A stretch of DNA of 64,000 nt. It comes from the human T2T-CHM13v2.0 reference genome, Homo sapiens. The DNA lies in assembly GCF_009914755.1 (NCBI RefSeq), contig NC_060944.1; one strand, given 5' to 3'. The notes under the pieces were generated by a model. The model ran no database searches. It was not told where the DNA came from and was given only the letters and a program-made list of their open reading frames with translations. Made by a program: the position numbers and the translations under genes. Positions 41,201 through 56,200 of this stretch are shown here, piece by piece; within the stretch, counting starts at the first letter, position 1; the number at the start of each line of letters is the position of its first letter.

Positions 41201-44200
41201 ACTGCTCAATCAACAGATACCTTCAACAATGTGAGATGAATGCACACATCACAAATAAGTTTCACAGAATGCTTCTGGGTAGTTTTTATGTGAAGAAATT
41301 TCCCTTTCCACAATAGGCCTCAAAACGCTCTAAATATCCACTTGCAGATTCTAAAAAAAGAGTGTTTCAAAACTGCTCAATCCAAAGAAAGGTTCTACTG
41401 TATGAGATGAATGCACACATCACAAAGTACTTTCTCAGAATGCTTCTGCATAGTTTTTCTGTGAAGATATTTCCTTCTCCACTATAGGCCTCAAAAGGCT
41501 CCAAATATCCACTTGCGGATTCTAAAAAAAGAGTGTTTCAAAACTGCTGTATCAAAACAAAGATTCAACTCTGTGAGATGAATGCACAGATCGCAAAGAA
41601 GTTTCTCAGAATGCTTCTGTGTAGTTTTTATGTGAAGATATTTGTTTTTCCACAGTAGGCCCCAATGAGCTCCAAATATCCACTTGCAGATTCTACAAAA
41701 AGAGTGTTTCAAAACTGCTCAATCAACAGAGACATTCAACTCTGTGAGATGAATGCACCCATCACAAAGAAGTTTCTCAGAATGCTTCTGTGTAGTTTTT
41801 GTGTGAAGATATTTCATTTTCCACAGTACGCCTCAAAGCGCTCCAAATATCCACTCGCAGGTTCTGTAAAAAGAGAGATTCAAAACTGCTGAATCAAAAG
41901 ATAGGTTCAACACTGTGACTTCAGTGCACAACTCACAAAGGAGTTTCTCAGAAATCTTCTGTGTAGTTTTTATATGAAGATATCTCCTTCTCCAAAACAG
42001 AACTCAAAGCCCTCCAAATATTCACTTCCAGACTGTACGGAAAGATTGTGTCAAAACTGCTAAATCAAAACAAAGGTTCAACTCTGTGATGAATGCACTC
42101 ATCAGAAAGAAGGTTCTCTGAATGCTTCTGTGTAGTTTCTATTTGAAGATATTTCCTTTTCCACTCTAGGGCGAAATAGGGCTCCAAATATTCACTTGCA
42201 GATTCTACGAAAAGAGAGATTCTAAACTGCTCAATCAACAGATACGTTCAACAACTTGAGTTGAATGCACACATCACAAATAAGTTTCACAGAATGCTTC
42301 TGGGTAGTTTTTATTTGAAGAAATTTCCCTTTCCACAATAGGCCTCAAATCGCTCTAAATATCCATTTGCAGATTCTACAAAAAGAGTGTTTCAAAACTG
42401 CTCAATCAAAAGAAAGGTTCTACTCTGTGAGGTGAATGCACGCATCACAAAGTGGTTTCTCAGAATGCTTCTGCATAGTTTTTATGTGAAGATATTTCCT
42501 TCTCCACCATAGGCCTCAAAAGGCTCCAAATATCCACTTGCAGATTCTAAAAAAAGAGTGTTTCAAAACTGCTCAATCCAAAGAAAGGTTCTACTCTGTG
42601 AGATGAATGCACACATCACAAAGTAGTTTCTCAGAATGCTTCTGCATAGTTTTTATGTGAAGATATTTCCTTCTCCACTATAGGCCTCAAAAGGCTCCAA
42701 ATATCCACTTGCAGATTCTGAAAAAAGAGTGTTTCAAAACTGCTGTGTCAAAAGAAAGATTCAACTCTGTTAGATGAATGCACAGATCACAAAGAAGTTT
42801 CTCAGGATGCTTCTGTGTAGTTTTTATGTGAAGATATTTGTTTTTCCACAGTAGGCCCCAATGAGCTACAAATATCCACTCGCAGATTCCGTAAAAAGAG
42901 AGATTCAAAACTGCTGAATCAAAAGATAGGTTCAACACTGTGACTTCAGTGCACACCTCACAAAGAAGTTTCTCAGAATGCTTCTTTGTAGTTTTGATAT
43001 GAAGATATCTCCTTCTCCAAAATAGATCTCAAAGCCCTCCAAATATTCACTTCCAGATTCTATGGAAAGAGTCTCAAAACTGCTCAGTCAAAATAAAGGT
43101 AGAACTCTGTGAGAAGAATGCACACATCACAAAGAAGTTTCTCAGAATATATTTGTGTAGTTTTTATTTGAGGATAGTTCCTTTTCTACCATAGGCTGCA
43201 AAGGGCTCCAAATATCCACTTGCAGATGGTACAAAGAGAGAGATTCTAAACTGCTCAATCAAAAGGTAGTTTCAACCCTGTGATATGAATGCACACATCC
43301 CAGAGAAGTTTCTCAAAATGCTTCTGTTTAGTTTTTATTTGAAGATATTTCCTTTTCCACCATACGCCTCAAAGGTCTCCAAATATCCACATGCTGCTTC
43401 TACAAAAAGAGAGATTAAAAAATGTTCTATCAAAATATAGGTTCAACTCTGTGAGTTGAATGCGCACATCACAAAAAGTTTCTCAGAATGCTTCTGTGTA
43501 GTTTTTACGTGAAGATATCTCCTTTTCCACAATAGGCCTCAAAGCTCTCCAAATATCCGCAAGCAGAGTCTACAAAAAGAGAGATTCAAAACTGCTCAAT
43601 GAAAAGATAGGTTCAACTCTGTGAGATGAGTGCACATCTCACAAAGAAGTTCCTCAGAATGCTTCTGTGTAGTTTTTATGTGAAGATATTTCCTTTTCCA
43701 AAATAGACCTCAAAGTCCTCCAAATATCCACTTCCAGACTCTATAAAAAGGTGTTTCAAAACTACTCAATCAAAAGAAAGGTTCAACTATATGAGATAAA
43801 TGCACACATCACAAAATGGTTTCTCAGAATGCTTCTGTGTAGTTTTTATTTGAAGATATTTTCTTTTCCACCATGGGCCACAAAGGGCTACTAAAACCCA
43901 CTTGCAGATTCTACAAAAAGAGAGATTCAAAACGGCTCAATCAAAAGATAGGCTCTCCCCTGTGAATTGAATGCACACATCACAAAGAAGTTTCTCAGAA
44001 TGTTTCTGTGTAGTTTTTTTTTTGAAGATATTTCCTTTTCCACAATAGGCCTCAAAGCTCTCCAAACATCCATTGCTAATTCTTCAAAAAGATCGCTTCA
44101 ACACTGCTCTATAAAAAGGAAGTTTCAACTCCATTAGATGACTGCACACATCACAAAGAAGTTTCTCAGAATGCCTCTGTGTAGTTTGTATGTGAAGATA

Positions 44201-47200
44201 TTTCCTTTTCCACAGTAGGCCACAAAGGGCTCCAAATATCTACTTGCAGAATCTTCAAAAAGAGTGTTTCAAAAGTTCTCAATCAAAAGAAAAGTTAAAC
44301 TCCATGAGATGAATGCATACATCACAAAGAAAGTTCTGAGAATGCTTCTGTCTTGTTTTTATGTGAAGATATTTGATTCTCTCCTGTAGGCAACAAGGCG
44401 CTCCAAATATCCACTTTCAGATACTACAAAAAGAGTGTTTTGAAACTGCTCAATCATATGATAGGTTCAACCTTGTGAGATGAATGCCCACATCACAAAG
44501 TAGCTTCTCAGAATGTTTTTGTGTAGTTTTTATTTGAAGATATTTCCTTTTCCACCATAGGCCACAAAGGGCTCCAAACTTCCACTTGCAGATTCTACAA
44601 AAAGAGAGATTCAAAGCTGTTCAATCAAAAGATAGTTTCAACTCTGCGTGTTGAATGCACAAATCACAAAGTAGTTTCTCTGAATGCTTCTGTGTTGTGT
44701 TTGTTTATGTGAAGATATTTGCTTTTCCACTATAGGGCAAAATAGGGCTCCAAATATCCACTTGCAGATTCTGCAAAAAGGGAGATTCAAAACTGTACAA
44801 TCAAAAGATAAGTTCAAATATGTGAGTTGAATGCACACAAAACAAAGAAGTTTCTCAGAATACCTCTGTGTAGTTTTTAGGTGAATATATTTGATTTTCC
44901 ACAGTAGGCCTCAAAGGGCTCCAAATATCCACTTTCAGATTCTGAAATAAGAAAGATTCAAAACTGCTCAATCAAACGATAGGTTCAAATCTGTGAGTTG
45001 AATGCACACCTCACAAAGAAGTTTCTCATAAAGTTTCTGTGTAGTTTTTATGTGAAGATATCTCCTTCTCCAAAATAGGCCCCAATGACCTCCAAATATG
45101 CACTTCCAGATTCCATGACAATAGTGCTTCAAAACTGCTCAATCCAAAGAAATGTTCAACACTGTGTGATGAATGCACTCATCACAAAGAAGTTTCTCTG
45201 AATGCTTCTGTGTATTTTGTATTTGAAGATATTTCCTCTTCCACCATAGGGCTCATAGGGCTCCAAATATCCACTTGCAGATTCTACAAAAAGAGTATTC
45301 CAAAACTGCTCAATCAAAAGAAACGTCTAAAACTGTGAGATGAATGCACACATCACAAAGTAGTTTCTCAGAATGCTTCAGTGTAGTTTTTATGTGAAGA
45401 CATTAGCTTGTCCACGGAAGGTCTCAAAGCGCTCCAAATATCCACTTGCAGATTCTACAAAATGAGTGTTTCAAAACTGCTCAATCATTAGATAGGTTCA
45501 ACCCTGTGAGATGAATGCACACATAACAAAGAAGTTTTTCAGAATGCTTCTATGTAGTTTTTATTTGAAGGTATTTCCTTTACCACCATAGGTTGCAAGG
45601 GGCTCCAAATATCCACTTGCAGATTCTACAAAAAGAGAGATTCTAAACTGCTCAATCAACAGATACCTTCAACAATGTGAGATGAATGCACACATCACAA
45701 ATAAGTTTCACAGAATGCTTCTGGGTAGTTTTTATGTGAAGAAATTTCCCTTTCCACAATAGGCCTCAAAACGCTCTAAATATCCACTTGCAGATTCTAA
45801 AAAAAGAGTGTTTCAAAACTGCTCAATCCAAAGAAAGGTTCTACTGTATGAGATGAATGCACACATCACAAAGTACTTTCTCAGAATGCTTCTGCATAGT
45901 TTTTCTGTGAAGATATTTCCTTCTCCACTATAGGCCTCAAAAGGCTCCAAATATCCACTTGCGGATTCTAAAAAAAGAGTGTTTCAAAACTGCTGTATCA
46001 AAACAAAGATTCAACTCTGTGAGATGAATGCACAGATCGCAAAGAAGTTTCTCAGAATGCTTCTGTGTAGTTTTTATGTGAAGATATTTGTTTTTCCACA
46101 GTAGGCCCCAATGAGCTCCAAATATCCACTTGCAGATTCTACAAAAAGAGTGTTTCAAAACTGCTCAATCAACAGAGACATTCAACTCTGTGAGATGAAT
46201 GCACCCATCACAAAGAAGTTTCTCAGAATGCTTCTGTGTAGTTTTTGTGTGAAGATATTTCATTTTCCACAGTACGCCTCAAAGCGCTCCAAATATCCAC
46301 TCGCAGGTTCTGTAAAAAGAGAGATTCAAAACTGCTGAATCAAAAGATAGGTTCAACACTGTGACTTCAGTGCACAACTCACAAAGGAGTTTCTCAGAAA
46401 TCTTCTGTGTAGTTTTTATATGAAGATATCTCCTTCTCCAAAACAGAACTCAAAGCCCTCCAAATATTCACTTCCAGACTGTACGGAAAGATTGTGTCAA
46501 AACTGCTAAATCAAAACAAAGGTTCAACTCTGTGATGAATGCACTCATCAGAAAGAAGGTTCTCTGAATGCTTCTGTGTAGTTTCTATTTGAAGATATTT
46601 CCTTTTCCACTCTAGGGCGAAATAGGGCTCCAAATATTCACTTGCAGATTCTACGAAAAGAGAGATTCTAAACTGCTCAATCAACAGATACGTTCAACAA
46701 CTTGAGTTGAATGCACACATCACAAATAAGTTTCACAGAATGCTTCTGGGTAGTTTTTATTTGAAGAAATTTCCCTTTCCACAATAGGCCTCAAATCGCT
46801 CTAAATATCCATTTGCAGATTCTACAAAAAGAGTGTTTCAAAACTGCTCAATCAAAAGAAAGGTTCTACTCTGTGAGGTGAATGCACGCATCACAAAGTG
46901 GTTTCTCAGAATGCTTCTGCATAGTTTTTATGTGAAGATATTTCCTTCTCCACCATAGGCCTCAAAAGGCTCCAAATATCCACTTGCAGATTCTAAAAAA
47001 AGAGTGTTTCAAAACTGCTCAATCCAAAGAAAGGTTCTACTCTGTGAGATGAATGCACACATCACAAAGTAGTTTCTCAGAATGCTTCTGCATAGTTTTT
47101 ATGTGAAGATATTTCCTTCTCCACTATAGGCCTCAAAAGGCTCCAAATATCCACTTGCAGATTCTGAAAAAAGAGTGTTTCAAAACTGCTGTGTCAAAAG

Positions 47201-50200
47201 AAAGATTCAACTCTGTTAGATGAATGCACAGATCACAAAGAAGTTTCTCAGGATGCTTCTGTGTAGTTTTTATGTGAAGATATTTGTTTTTCCACAGTAG
47301 GCCCCAATGAGCTACAAATATCCACTCGCAGATTCCGTAAAAAGAGAGATTCAAAACTGCTGAATCAAAAGATAGGTTCAACACTGTGACTTCAGTGCAC
47401 ACCTCACAAAGAAGTTTCTCAGAATGCTTCTTTGTAGTTTTGATATGAAGATATCTCCTTCTCCAAAATAGATCTCAAAGCCCTCCAAATATTCACTTCC
47501 AGATTCTATGGAAAGAGTCTCAAAACTGCTCAGTCAAAATAAAGGTAGAACTCTGTGAGAAGAATGCACACATCACAAAGAAGTTTCTCAGAATATATTT
47601 GTGTAGTTTTTATTTGAGGATAGTTCCTTTTCTACCATAGGCTGCAAAGGGCTCCAAATATCCACTTGCAGATGGTACAAAGAGAGAGATTCTAAACTGC
47701 TCAATCAAAAGGTAGTTTCAACCCTGTGATATGAATGCACACATCCCAGAGAAGTTTCTCAAAATGCTTCTGTTTAGTTTTTATTTGAAGATATTTCCTT
47801 TTCCACCATACGCCTCAAAGGTCTCCAAATATCCACATGCTGCTTCTACAAAAAGAGAGATTAAAAAATGTTCTATCAAAATATAGGTTCAACTCTGTGA
47901 GTTGAATGCGCACATCACAAAAAGTTTCTCAGAATGCTTCTGTGTAGTTTTTACGTGAAGATATCTCCTTTTCCACAATAGGCCTCAAAGCTCTCCAAAT
48001 ATCCGCAAGCAGAGTCTACAAAAAGAGAGATTCAAAACTGCTCAATGAAAAGATAGGTTCAACTCTGTGAGATGAGTGCACATCTCACAAAGAAGTTCCT
48101 CAGAATGCTTCTGTGTAGTTTTTATGTGAAGATATTTCCTTTTCCAAAATAGACCTCAAAGTCCTCCAAATATCCACTTCCAGACTCTATAAAAAGGTGT
48201 TTCAAAACTACTCAATCAAAAGAAAGGTTCAACTATATGAGATAAATGCACACATCACAAAATGGTTTCTCAGAATGCTTCTGTGTAGTTTTTATTTGAA
48301 GATATTTTCTTTTCCACCATGGGCCACAAAGGGCTACTAAAACCCACTTGCAGATTCTACAAAAAGAGAGATTCAAAACGGCTCAATCAAAAGATAGGCT
48401 CTCCCCTGTGAATTGAATGCACACATCACAAAGAAGTTTCTCAGAATGTTTCTGTGTAGTTTTTTTTTTGAAGATATTTCCTTTTCCACAATAGGCCTCA
48501 AAGCTCTCCAAACATCCATTGCTAATTCTTCAAAAAGATCGCTTCAACACTGCTCTATAAAAAGGAAGTTTCAACTCCATTAGATGACTGCACACATCAC
48601 AAAGAAGTTTCTCAGAATGCCTCTGTGTAGTTTGTATGTGAAGATATTTCCTTTTCCACAGTAGGCCACAAAGGGCTCCAAATATCTACTTGCAGAATCT
48701 TCAAAAAGAGTGTTTCAAAAGTTCTCAATCAAAAGAAAAGTTAAACTCCATGAGATGAATGCATACATCACAAAGAAAGTTCTGAGAATGCTTCTGTCTT
48801 GTTTTTATGTGAAGATATTTGATTCTCTCCTGTAGGCAACAAGGCGCTCCAAATATCCACTTTCAGATACTACAAAAAGAGTGTTTTGAAACTGCTCAAT
48901 CATATGATAGGTTCAACCTTGTGAGATGAATGCCCACATCACAAAGTAGCTTCTCAGAATGTTTTTGTGTAGTTTTTATTTGAAGATATTTCCTTTTCCA
49001 CCATAGGCCACAAAGGGCTCCAAACTTCCACTTGCAGATTCTACAAAAAGAGAGATTCAAAGCTGTTCAATCAAAAGATAGTTTCAACTCTGCGTGTTGA
49101 ATGCACAAATCACAAAGTAGTTTCTCTGAATGCTTCTGTGTTGTGTTTGTTTATGTGAAGATATTTGCTTTTCCACTATAGGGCAAAATAGGGCTCCAAA
49201 TATCCACTTGCAGATTCTGCAAAAAGGGAGATTCAAAACTGTACAATCAAAAGATAAGTTCAAATATGTGAGTTGAATGCACACAAAACAAAGAAGTTTC
49301 TCAGAATACCTCTGTGTAGTTTTTAGGTGAATATATTTGATTTTCCACAGTAGGCCTCAAAGGGCTCCAAATATCCACTTTCAGATTCTGAAATAAGAGA
49401 GATTCAAAACTGCTCAATCAAACGATAGGTTCAAATCTGTGAGTTGAATGCACACCTCACAAAGAAGTTTCTCATAAAGTTTCTGTGTAGTTTTTATGTG
49501 AAGATATCTCCTTCTCCAAAATAGGCCTCAATGACCTCCAAATATGCACTTCCAGATTCCATGACAATAGTGCTTCAAAACTGCTCAATCCAAAGAAATG
49601 TTCAACACTGTGTGATGAATGCACTCATCACAAAGAAGTTTCTCTGAATGCTTCTGTGTATTTTGTATTTGAAGATATTTCCTCTTCCACCATAGGGCTC
49701 ATAGGGCTCCAAATATCCACTTGCAGATTCTACAAAAAGAGTATTCCAAAACTGCTCAATCAAAAGAAACGTCTAAAACTGTGAGATGAATGCACACATC
49801 ACAAAGTAGTTTCTCAGAATGCTTCAGTGTAGTTTTTATGTGAAGACATTAGCTTGTCCACGGAAGGTCTCAAAGCGCTCCAAATATCCACTTGCAGATT
49901 CTACAAAATGAGTGTTTCAAAACTGCTCAATCATTAGATAGGTTCAACCCTGTGAGATGAATGCACACATAACAAAGAAGTTTTTCAGAATGCTTCTATG
50001 TAGTTTTTATTTGAAGGTATTTCCTTTACCACCATAGGTTGCAAGGGGCTCCAAATATCCACTTGCAGATTCTACAAAAAGAGAGATTCTAAACTGCTCA
50101 ATCAACAGATACCTTCAACAATGTGAGATGAATGCACACATCACAAATAAGTTTCACAGAATGCTTCTGGGTAGTTTTTATGTGAAGAAATTTCCCTTTC

Positions 50201-53200
50201 CACAATAGGCCTCAAAACGCTCTAAATATCCACTTGCAGATTCTAAAAAAAGAGTGTTTCAAAACTGCTCAATCCAAAGAAAGGTTCTACTGTATGAGAT
50301 GAATGCACACATCACAAAGTACTTTCTCAGAATGCTTCTGCATAGTTTTTATGTGAAGATATTTCCTTCTCCACTATAGGCCTCAAAAGGCTCCAAATAT
50401 CCACTTGCGGATTCTAAAAAAAGAGTGTTTCAAAACTGCTGTATCAAAACAAAGATTCAACTCTGTGAGATGAATGCACAGATCGCAAAGAAGTTTCTCA
50501 GAATGCTTCTGTGTAGTTTTTATGTGAAGATATTTGTTTTTCCACAGTAGGCCCCAATGAGCTCCAAATATCCACTTGCAGATTCTACAAAAAGAGTGTT
50601 TCAAAACTGCTCAATCAACAGAGACATTCAACTCTGTGAGATGAATGCACCCATCACAAAGAAGTTTCTCAGAATGCTTCTGTGTAGTTTTTGTGTGAAG
50701 ATATTTCATTTTCCACAGTACGCCTCAAAGCGCTCCAAATATCCACTCGCAGGTTCTGTAAAAAGAGAGATTCAAAACTGCTGAATCAAAAGATAGGTTC
50801 AACACTGTGACTTCAGTGCACAACTCACAAAGGAGTTTCTCAGAAATCTTCTGTGTAGTTTTTATATGAAGATATCTCCTTCTCCAAAACAGAACTCAAA
50901 GCCCTCCAAATATTCACTTCCAGACTGTACGGAAAGATTGTGTCAAAACTGCTAAATCAAAACAAAGGTTCAACTCTGTGATGAATGCACTCATCAGAAA
51001 GAAGGTTCTCTGAATGCTTCTGTGTAGTTTCTATTTGAAGATATTTCCTTTTCCACTCTAGGGCGAAATAGGGCTCCAAATATTCACTTGCAGATTCTAC
51101 GAAAAGAGAGATTCTAAACTGCTCAATCAACAGATACGTTCAACAACTTGAGTTGAATGCACACATCACAAATAAGTTTCACAGAATGCTTCTGGGTAGT
51201 TTTTATTTGAAGAAATTTCCCTTTCCACAATAGGCCTCAAATCGCTCTAAATATCCATTTGCAGATTCTACAAAAAGAGTGTTTCAAAACTGCTCAATCA
51301 AAAGAAAGGTTCTACTCTGTGAGGTGAATGCACGCATCACAAAGTGGTTTCTCAGAATGCTTCTGCATAGTTTTTATGTGAAGATATTTCCTTCTCCACC
51401 ATAGGCCTCAAAAGGCTCCAAATATCCACTTGCAGATTCTAAAAAAAGAGTGTTTCAAAACTGCTCAATCCAAAGAAAGGTTCTACTCTGTGAGATGAAT
51501 GCACACATCACAAAGTAGTTTCTCAGAATGCTTCTGCATAGTTTTTATGTGAAGATATTTCCTTCTCCACTATAGGCCTCAAAAGGCTCCAAATATCCAC
51601 TTGCAGATTCTGAAAAAAGAGTGTTTCAAAACTGCTGTGTCAAAAGAAAGATTCAACTCTGTTAGATGAATGCACAGATCACAAAGAAGTTTCTCAGGAT
51701 GCTTCTGTGTAGTTTTTATGTGAAGATATTTGTTTTTCCACAGTAGGCCCCAATGAGCTACAAATATCCACTCGCAGATTCCGTAAAAAGAGAGATTCAA
51801 AACTGCTGAATCAAAAGATAGGTTCAACACTGTGACTTCAGTGCACACCTCACAAAGAAGTTTCTCAGAATGCTTCTTTGTAGTTTTGATATGAAGATAT
51901 CTCCTTCTCCAAAATAGATCTCAAAGCCCTCCAAATATTCACTTCCAGATTCTATGGAAAGAGTCTCAAAACTGCTCAGTCAAAATAAAGGTAGAACTCT
52001 GTGAGAAGAATGCACACATCACAAAGAAGTTTCTCAGAATATATTTGTGTAGTTTTTATTTGAGGATAGTTCCTTTTCTACCATAGGCTGCAAAGGGCTC
52101 CAAATATCCACTTGCAGATGGTACAAAGAGAGAGATTCTAAACTGCTCAATCAAAAGGTAGTTTCAACCCTGTGATATGAATGCACACATCCCAGAGAAG
52201 TTTCTCAAAATGCTTCTGTTTAGTTTTTATTTGAAGATATTTCCTTTTCCACCATACGCCTCAAAGGTCTCCAAATATCCACATGCTGCTTCTACAAAAA
52301 GAGAGATTAAAAAATGTTCTATCAAAATATAGGTTCAACTCTGTGAGTTGAATGCGCACATCACAAAAAGTTTCTCAGAATGCTTCTGTGTAGTTTTTAC
52401 GTGAAGATATCTCCTTTTCCACAATAGGCCTCAAAGCTCTCCAAATATCCGCAAGCAGAGTCTACAAAAAGAGAGATTCAAAACTGCTCAATGAAAAGAT
52501 AGGTTCAACTCTGTGAGATGAGTGCACATCTCACAAAGAAGTTCCTCAGAATGCTTCTGTGTAGTTTTTATGTGAAGATATTTCCTTTTCCAAAATAGAC
52601 CTCAAAGTCCTCCAAATATCCACTTCCAGACTCTATAAAAAGGTGTTTCAAAACTACTCAATCAAAAGAAAGGTTCAACTATATGAGATAAATGCACACA
52701 TCACAAAATGGTTTCTCAGAATGCTTCTGTGTAGTTTTTATTTGAAGATATTTTCTTTTCCACCATGGGCCACAAAGGGCTACTAAAACCCACTTGCAGA
52801 TTCTACAAAAAGAGAGATTCAAAACGGCTCAATCAAAAGATAGGCTCTCCCCTGTGAATTGAATGCACACATCACAAAGAAGTTTCTCAGAATGTTTCTG
52901 TGTAGTTTTTTTTTTGAAGATATTTCCTTTTCCACAATAGGCCTCAAAGCTCTCCAAACATCCATTGCTAATTCTTCAAAAAGATCGCTTCAACACTGCT
53001 CTATAAAAAGGAAGTTTCAACTCCATTAGATGACTGCACACATCACAAAGAAGTTTCTCAGAATGCCTCTGTGTAGTTTGTATGTGAAGATATTTCCTTT
53101 TCCACAGTAGGCCACAAAGGGCTCCAAATATCTACTTGCAGAATCTTCAAAAAGAGTGTTTCAAAAGTTCTCAATCAAAAGAAAAGTTAAACTCCATGAG

Positions 53201-56200
53201 ATGAATGCATACATCACAAAGAAAGTTCTGAGAATGCTTCTGTCTTGTTTTTATGTGAAGATATTTGATTCTCTCCTGTAGGCAACAAGGCGCTCCAAAT
53301 ATCCACTTTCAGATACTACAAAAAGAGTGTTTTGAAACTGCTCAATCATATGATAGGTTCAACCTTGTGAGATGAATGCCCACATCACAAAGTAGCTTCT
53401 CAGAATGTTTTTGTGTAGTTTTTATTTGAAGATATTTCCTTTTCCACCATAGGCCACAAAGGGCTCCAAACTTCCACTTGCAGATTCTACAAAAAGAGAG
53501 ATTCAAAGCTGTTCAATCAAAAGATAGTTTCAACTCTGCGTGTTGAATGCACAAATCACAAAGTAGTTTCTCTGAATGCTTCTGTGTTGTGTTTGTTTAT
53601 GTGAAGATATTTGCTTTTCCACTATAGGGCAAAATAGGGCTCCAAATATCCACTTGCAGATTCTGCAAAAAGGGAGATTCAAAACTGTACAATCAAAAGA
53701 TAAGTTCAAATATGTGAGTTGAATGCACACAAAACAAAGAAGTTTCTCAGAATACCTCTGTGTAGTTTTTAGGTGAATATATTTGATTTTCCACAGTAGG
53801 CCTCAAAGGGCTCCAAATATCCACTTTCAGATTCTGAAATAAGAAAGATTCAAAACTGCTCAATCAAACGATAGGTTCAAATCTGTGAGTTGAATGCACA
53901 CCTCACAAAGAAGTTTCTCATAAAGTTTCTGTGTAGTTTTTATGTGAAGATATCTCCTTCTCCAAAATAGGCCCCAATGACCTCCAAATATGCACTTCCA
54001 GATTCCATGACAATAGTGCTTCAAAACTGCTCAATCCAAAGAAATGTTCAACACTGTGTGATGAATGCACTCATCACAAAGAAGTTTCTCTGAATGCTTC
54101 TGTGTATTTTGTATTTGAAGATATTTCCTCTTCCACCATAGGGCTCATAGGGCTCCAAATATCCACTTGCAGATTCTACAAAAAGAGTATTCCAAAACTG
54201 CTCAATCAAAAGAAACGTCTAAAACTGTGAGATGAATGCACACATCACAAAGTAGTTTCTCAGAATGCTTCAGTGTAGTTTTTATGTGAAGACATTAGCT
54301 TGTCCACGGAAGGTCTCAAAGCGCTCCAAATATCCACTTGCAGATTCTACAAAATGAGTGTTTCAAAACTGCTCAATCATTAGATAGGTTCAACCCTGTG
54401 AGATGAATGCACACATAACAAAGAAGTTTTTCAGAATGCTTCTATGTAGTTTTTATTTGAAGGTATTTCCTTTACCACCATAGGTTGCAAGGGGCTCCAA
54501 ATATCCACTTGCAGATTCTACAAAAAGAGAGATTCTAAACTGCTCAATCAACAGATACCTTCAACAATGTGAGATGAATGCACACATCACAAATAAGTTT
54601 CACAGAATGCTTCTGGGTAGTTTTTATGTGAAGAAATTTCCCTTTCCACAATAGGCCTCAAAACGCTCTAAATATCCACTTGCAGATTCTAAAAAAAGAG
54701 TGTTTCAAAACTGCTCAATCCAAAGAAAGGTTCTACTGTATGAGATGAATGCACACATCACAAAGTACTTTCTCAGAATGCTTCTGCATAGTTTTTCTGT
54801 GAAGATATTTCCTTCTCCACTATAGGCCTCAAAAGGCTCCAAATATCCACTTGCGGATTCTAAAAAAAGAGTGTTTCAAAACTGCTGTATCAAAACAAAG
54901 ATTCAACTCTGTGAGATGAATGCACAGATCGCAAAGAAGTTTCTCAGAATGCTTCTGTGTAGTTTTTATGTGAAGATATTTGTTTTTCCACAGTAGGCCC
55001 CAATGAGCTCCAAATATCCACTTGCAGATTCTACAAAAAGAGTGTTTCAAAACTGCTCAATCAACAGAGACATTCAACTCTGTGAGATGAATGCACCCAT
55101 CACAAAGAAGTTTCTCAGAATGCTTCTGTGTAGTTTTTGTGTGAAGATATTTCATTTTCCACAGTACGCCTCAAAGCGCTCCAAATATCCACTCGCAGGT
55201 TCTGTAAAAAGAGAGATTCAAAACTGCTGAATCAAAAGATAGGTTCAACACTGTGACTTCAGTGCACAACTCACAAAGGAGTTTCTCAGAAATCTTCTGT
55301 GTAGTTTTTATATGAAGATATCTCCTTCTCCAAAACAGAACTCAAAGCCCTCCAAATATTCACTTCCAGACTGTACGGAAAGATTGTGTCAAAACTGCTA
55401 AATCAAAACAAAGGTTCAACTCTGTGATGAATGCACTCATCAGAAAGAAGGTTCTCTGAATGCTTCTGTGTAGTTTCTATTTGAAGATATTTCCTTTTCC
55501 ACTCTAGGGCGAAATAGGGCTCCAAATATTCACTTGCAGATTCTACGAAAAGAGAGATTCTAAACTGCTCAATCAACAGATACGTTCAACAACTTGAGTT
55601 GAATGCACACATCACAAATAAGTTTCACAGAATGCTTCTGGGTAGTTTTTATTTGAAGAAATTTCCCTTTCCACAATAGGCCTCAAATCGCTCTAAATAT
55701 CCATTTGCAGATTCTACAAAAAGAGTGTTTCAAAACTGCTCAATCAAAAGAAAGGTTCTACTCTGTGAGGTGAATGCACGCATCACAAAGTGGTTTCTCA
55801 GAATGCTTCTGCATAGTTTTTATGTGAAGATATTTCCTTCTCCACCATAGGCCTCAAAAGGCTCCAAATATCCACTTGCAGATTCTAAAAAAAGAGTGTT
55901 TCAAAACTGCTCAATCCAAAGAAAGGTTCTACTCTGTGAGATGAATGCACACATCACAAAGTAGTTTCTCAGAATGCTTCTGCATAGTTTTTATGTGAAG
56001 ATATTTCCTTCTCCACTATAGGCCTCAAAAGGCTCCAAATATCCACTTGCAGATTCTGAAAAAAGAGTGTTTCAAAACTGCTGTGTCAAAAGAAAGATTC
56101 AACTCTGTTAGATGAATGCACAGATCACAAAGAAGTTTCTCAGGATGCTTCTGTGTAGTTTTTATGTGAAGATATTTGTTTTTCCACAGTAGGCCCCAAT

